DNA of 57,504 nucleotides from a virus (Duplodnaviria; Caudoviricetes): IMG/VR virus record IMGVR_UViG_3300048577_000448, positions 1 to 57,504 of that record; one strand, 5' to 3'. Shown piece by piece: positions 57,196 to 57,504 of this stretch (position 1 is its first letter; each line of letters starts with the position of its first letter). The notes under the pieces were generated by a model. It saw only the letters and a program-made list of their open reading frames with translations, ran no database searches and was not told where the DNA came from. The position numbers and the translations under genes were made by a program.

Positions 57196-57504
57196 TTATC
57201 GGTCGGATTTCACCGCCTCCAGCGCGGCGAAGCAGATGGCGAGGGCGGGTGTGTCGGCGTTGGCTTGATAGGGCGGGTCTTTGTCGGCCCATCCATGGTT
57301 GTCAAAAGATGCCCACCACGCGGTATATCCTGGAGTGTCGCCTTCGCTTGGGGCAAACGGAGAATGCAGCTTCATAAAAAGGCCCTTCTTCCCCAGGGAC
57401 GCAACCACCTCCATGGCCGCGTTCATGTCGGTGGAGTAGGGGATATTCCCGTTTTGCAGCCCCATAACCTCACGCGCCACTCTGGCGTCGATCTCACGGC
57501 TCAT
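57196..57504 (-). CDS. Phage ABA-sandwich-like protein
   Basis: REIDARVAREVMG, PYSTDMNAAMEV, PALAICFAAL. Confidence 0.75.
   Translation of the reverse strand: MSREIDARVAREVMGLQNGNIPYSTDMNAAMEVVASLGKKGLFMKLHSPFAPSEGDTPGYTAWWASFDNHGWADKDPPYQANADTPALAICFAALEAVKSDR

Larger units (their letters stand above)
1..57504. mobile_element. Temperate podovirus-like prophage / phage genome
   Basis: Integrase, repressor/cro, replication, terminase, portal, capsid, ejection proteins and tail fibres in canonical order; no tape measure or sheath gene seen. Confidence 0.95.

Overview
The whole 57.5-kb window is a single temperate tailed-phage (prophage) genome with podovirus-like, P22-style organisation. Left arm (- strand, 1-15.6 kb): tyrosine integrase and excisionase, many small early genes (ThyX-like, ASCH-like, DEDD exonuclease, AAA_24/Sak4-like ATPase) and a ~2-kb, largely non-coding, highly structured leader. 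At 15.6-16.6 kb is a lambda-like repressor/cro switch with four TTGCACGCGTGCAA-type operators. Right arm (+ strand): replication (initiator containing iterons, T7-like primase-helicase, SSB), methyltransferases, lysis genes, terminase, portal, scaffold, major capsid, adaptor and nozzle, three ejection proteins, an immI-like antirepressor module and tail fibres. The most notable signals, all read directly from the sequence, are four. (1) The major capsid gene is split by an 883-nt group I intron carrying a LAGLIDADG endonuclease. (2) Five late genes carry a conserved twin GGA-loop hairpin leader that places the Shine-Dalgarno in a loop, which is CsrA/RsmA-type translational-control architecture. 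(3) Three dispersed copies of a covarying cloverleaf-like RNA lie on the early transcript. (4) An ADP-ribosyltransferase-like cassette bounded by repeated signal-peptide-like motifs co-occurs with a macrodomain gene in the head module. Protein family calls come from motif recognition, not database searches. The host (possibly a Desulfovibrio-like bacterium) is a guess, and no att sites are visible because the window is trimmed at gene ends.
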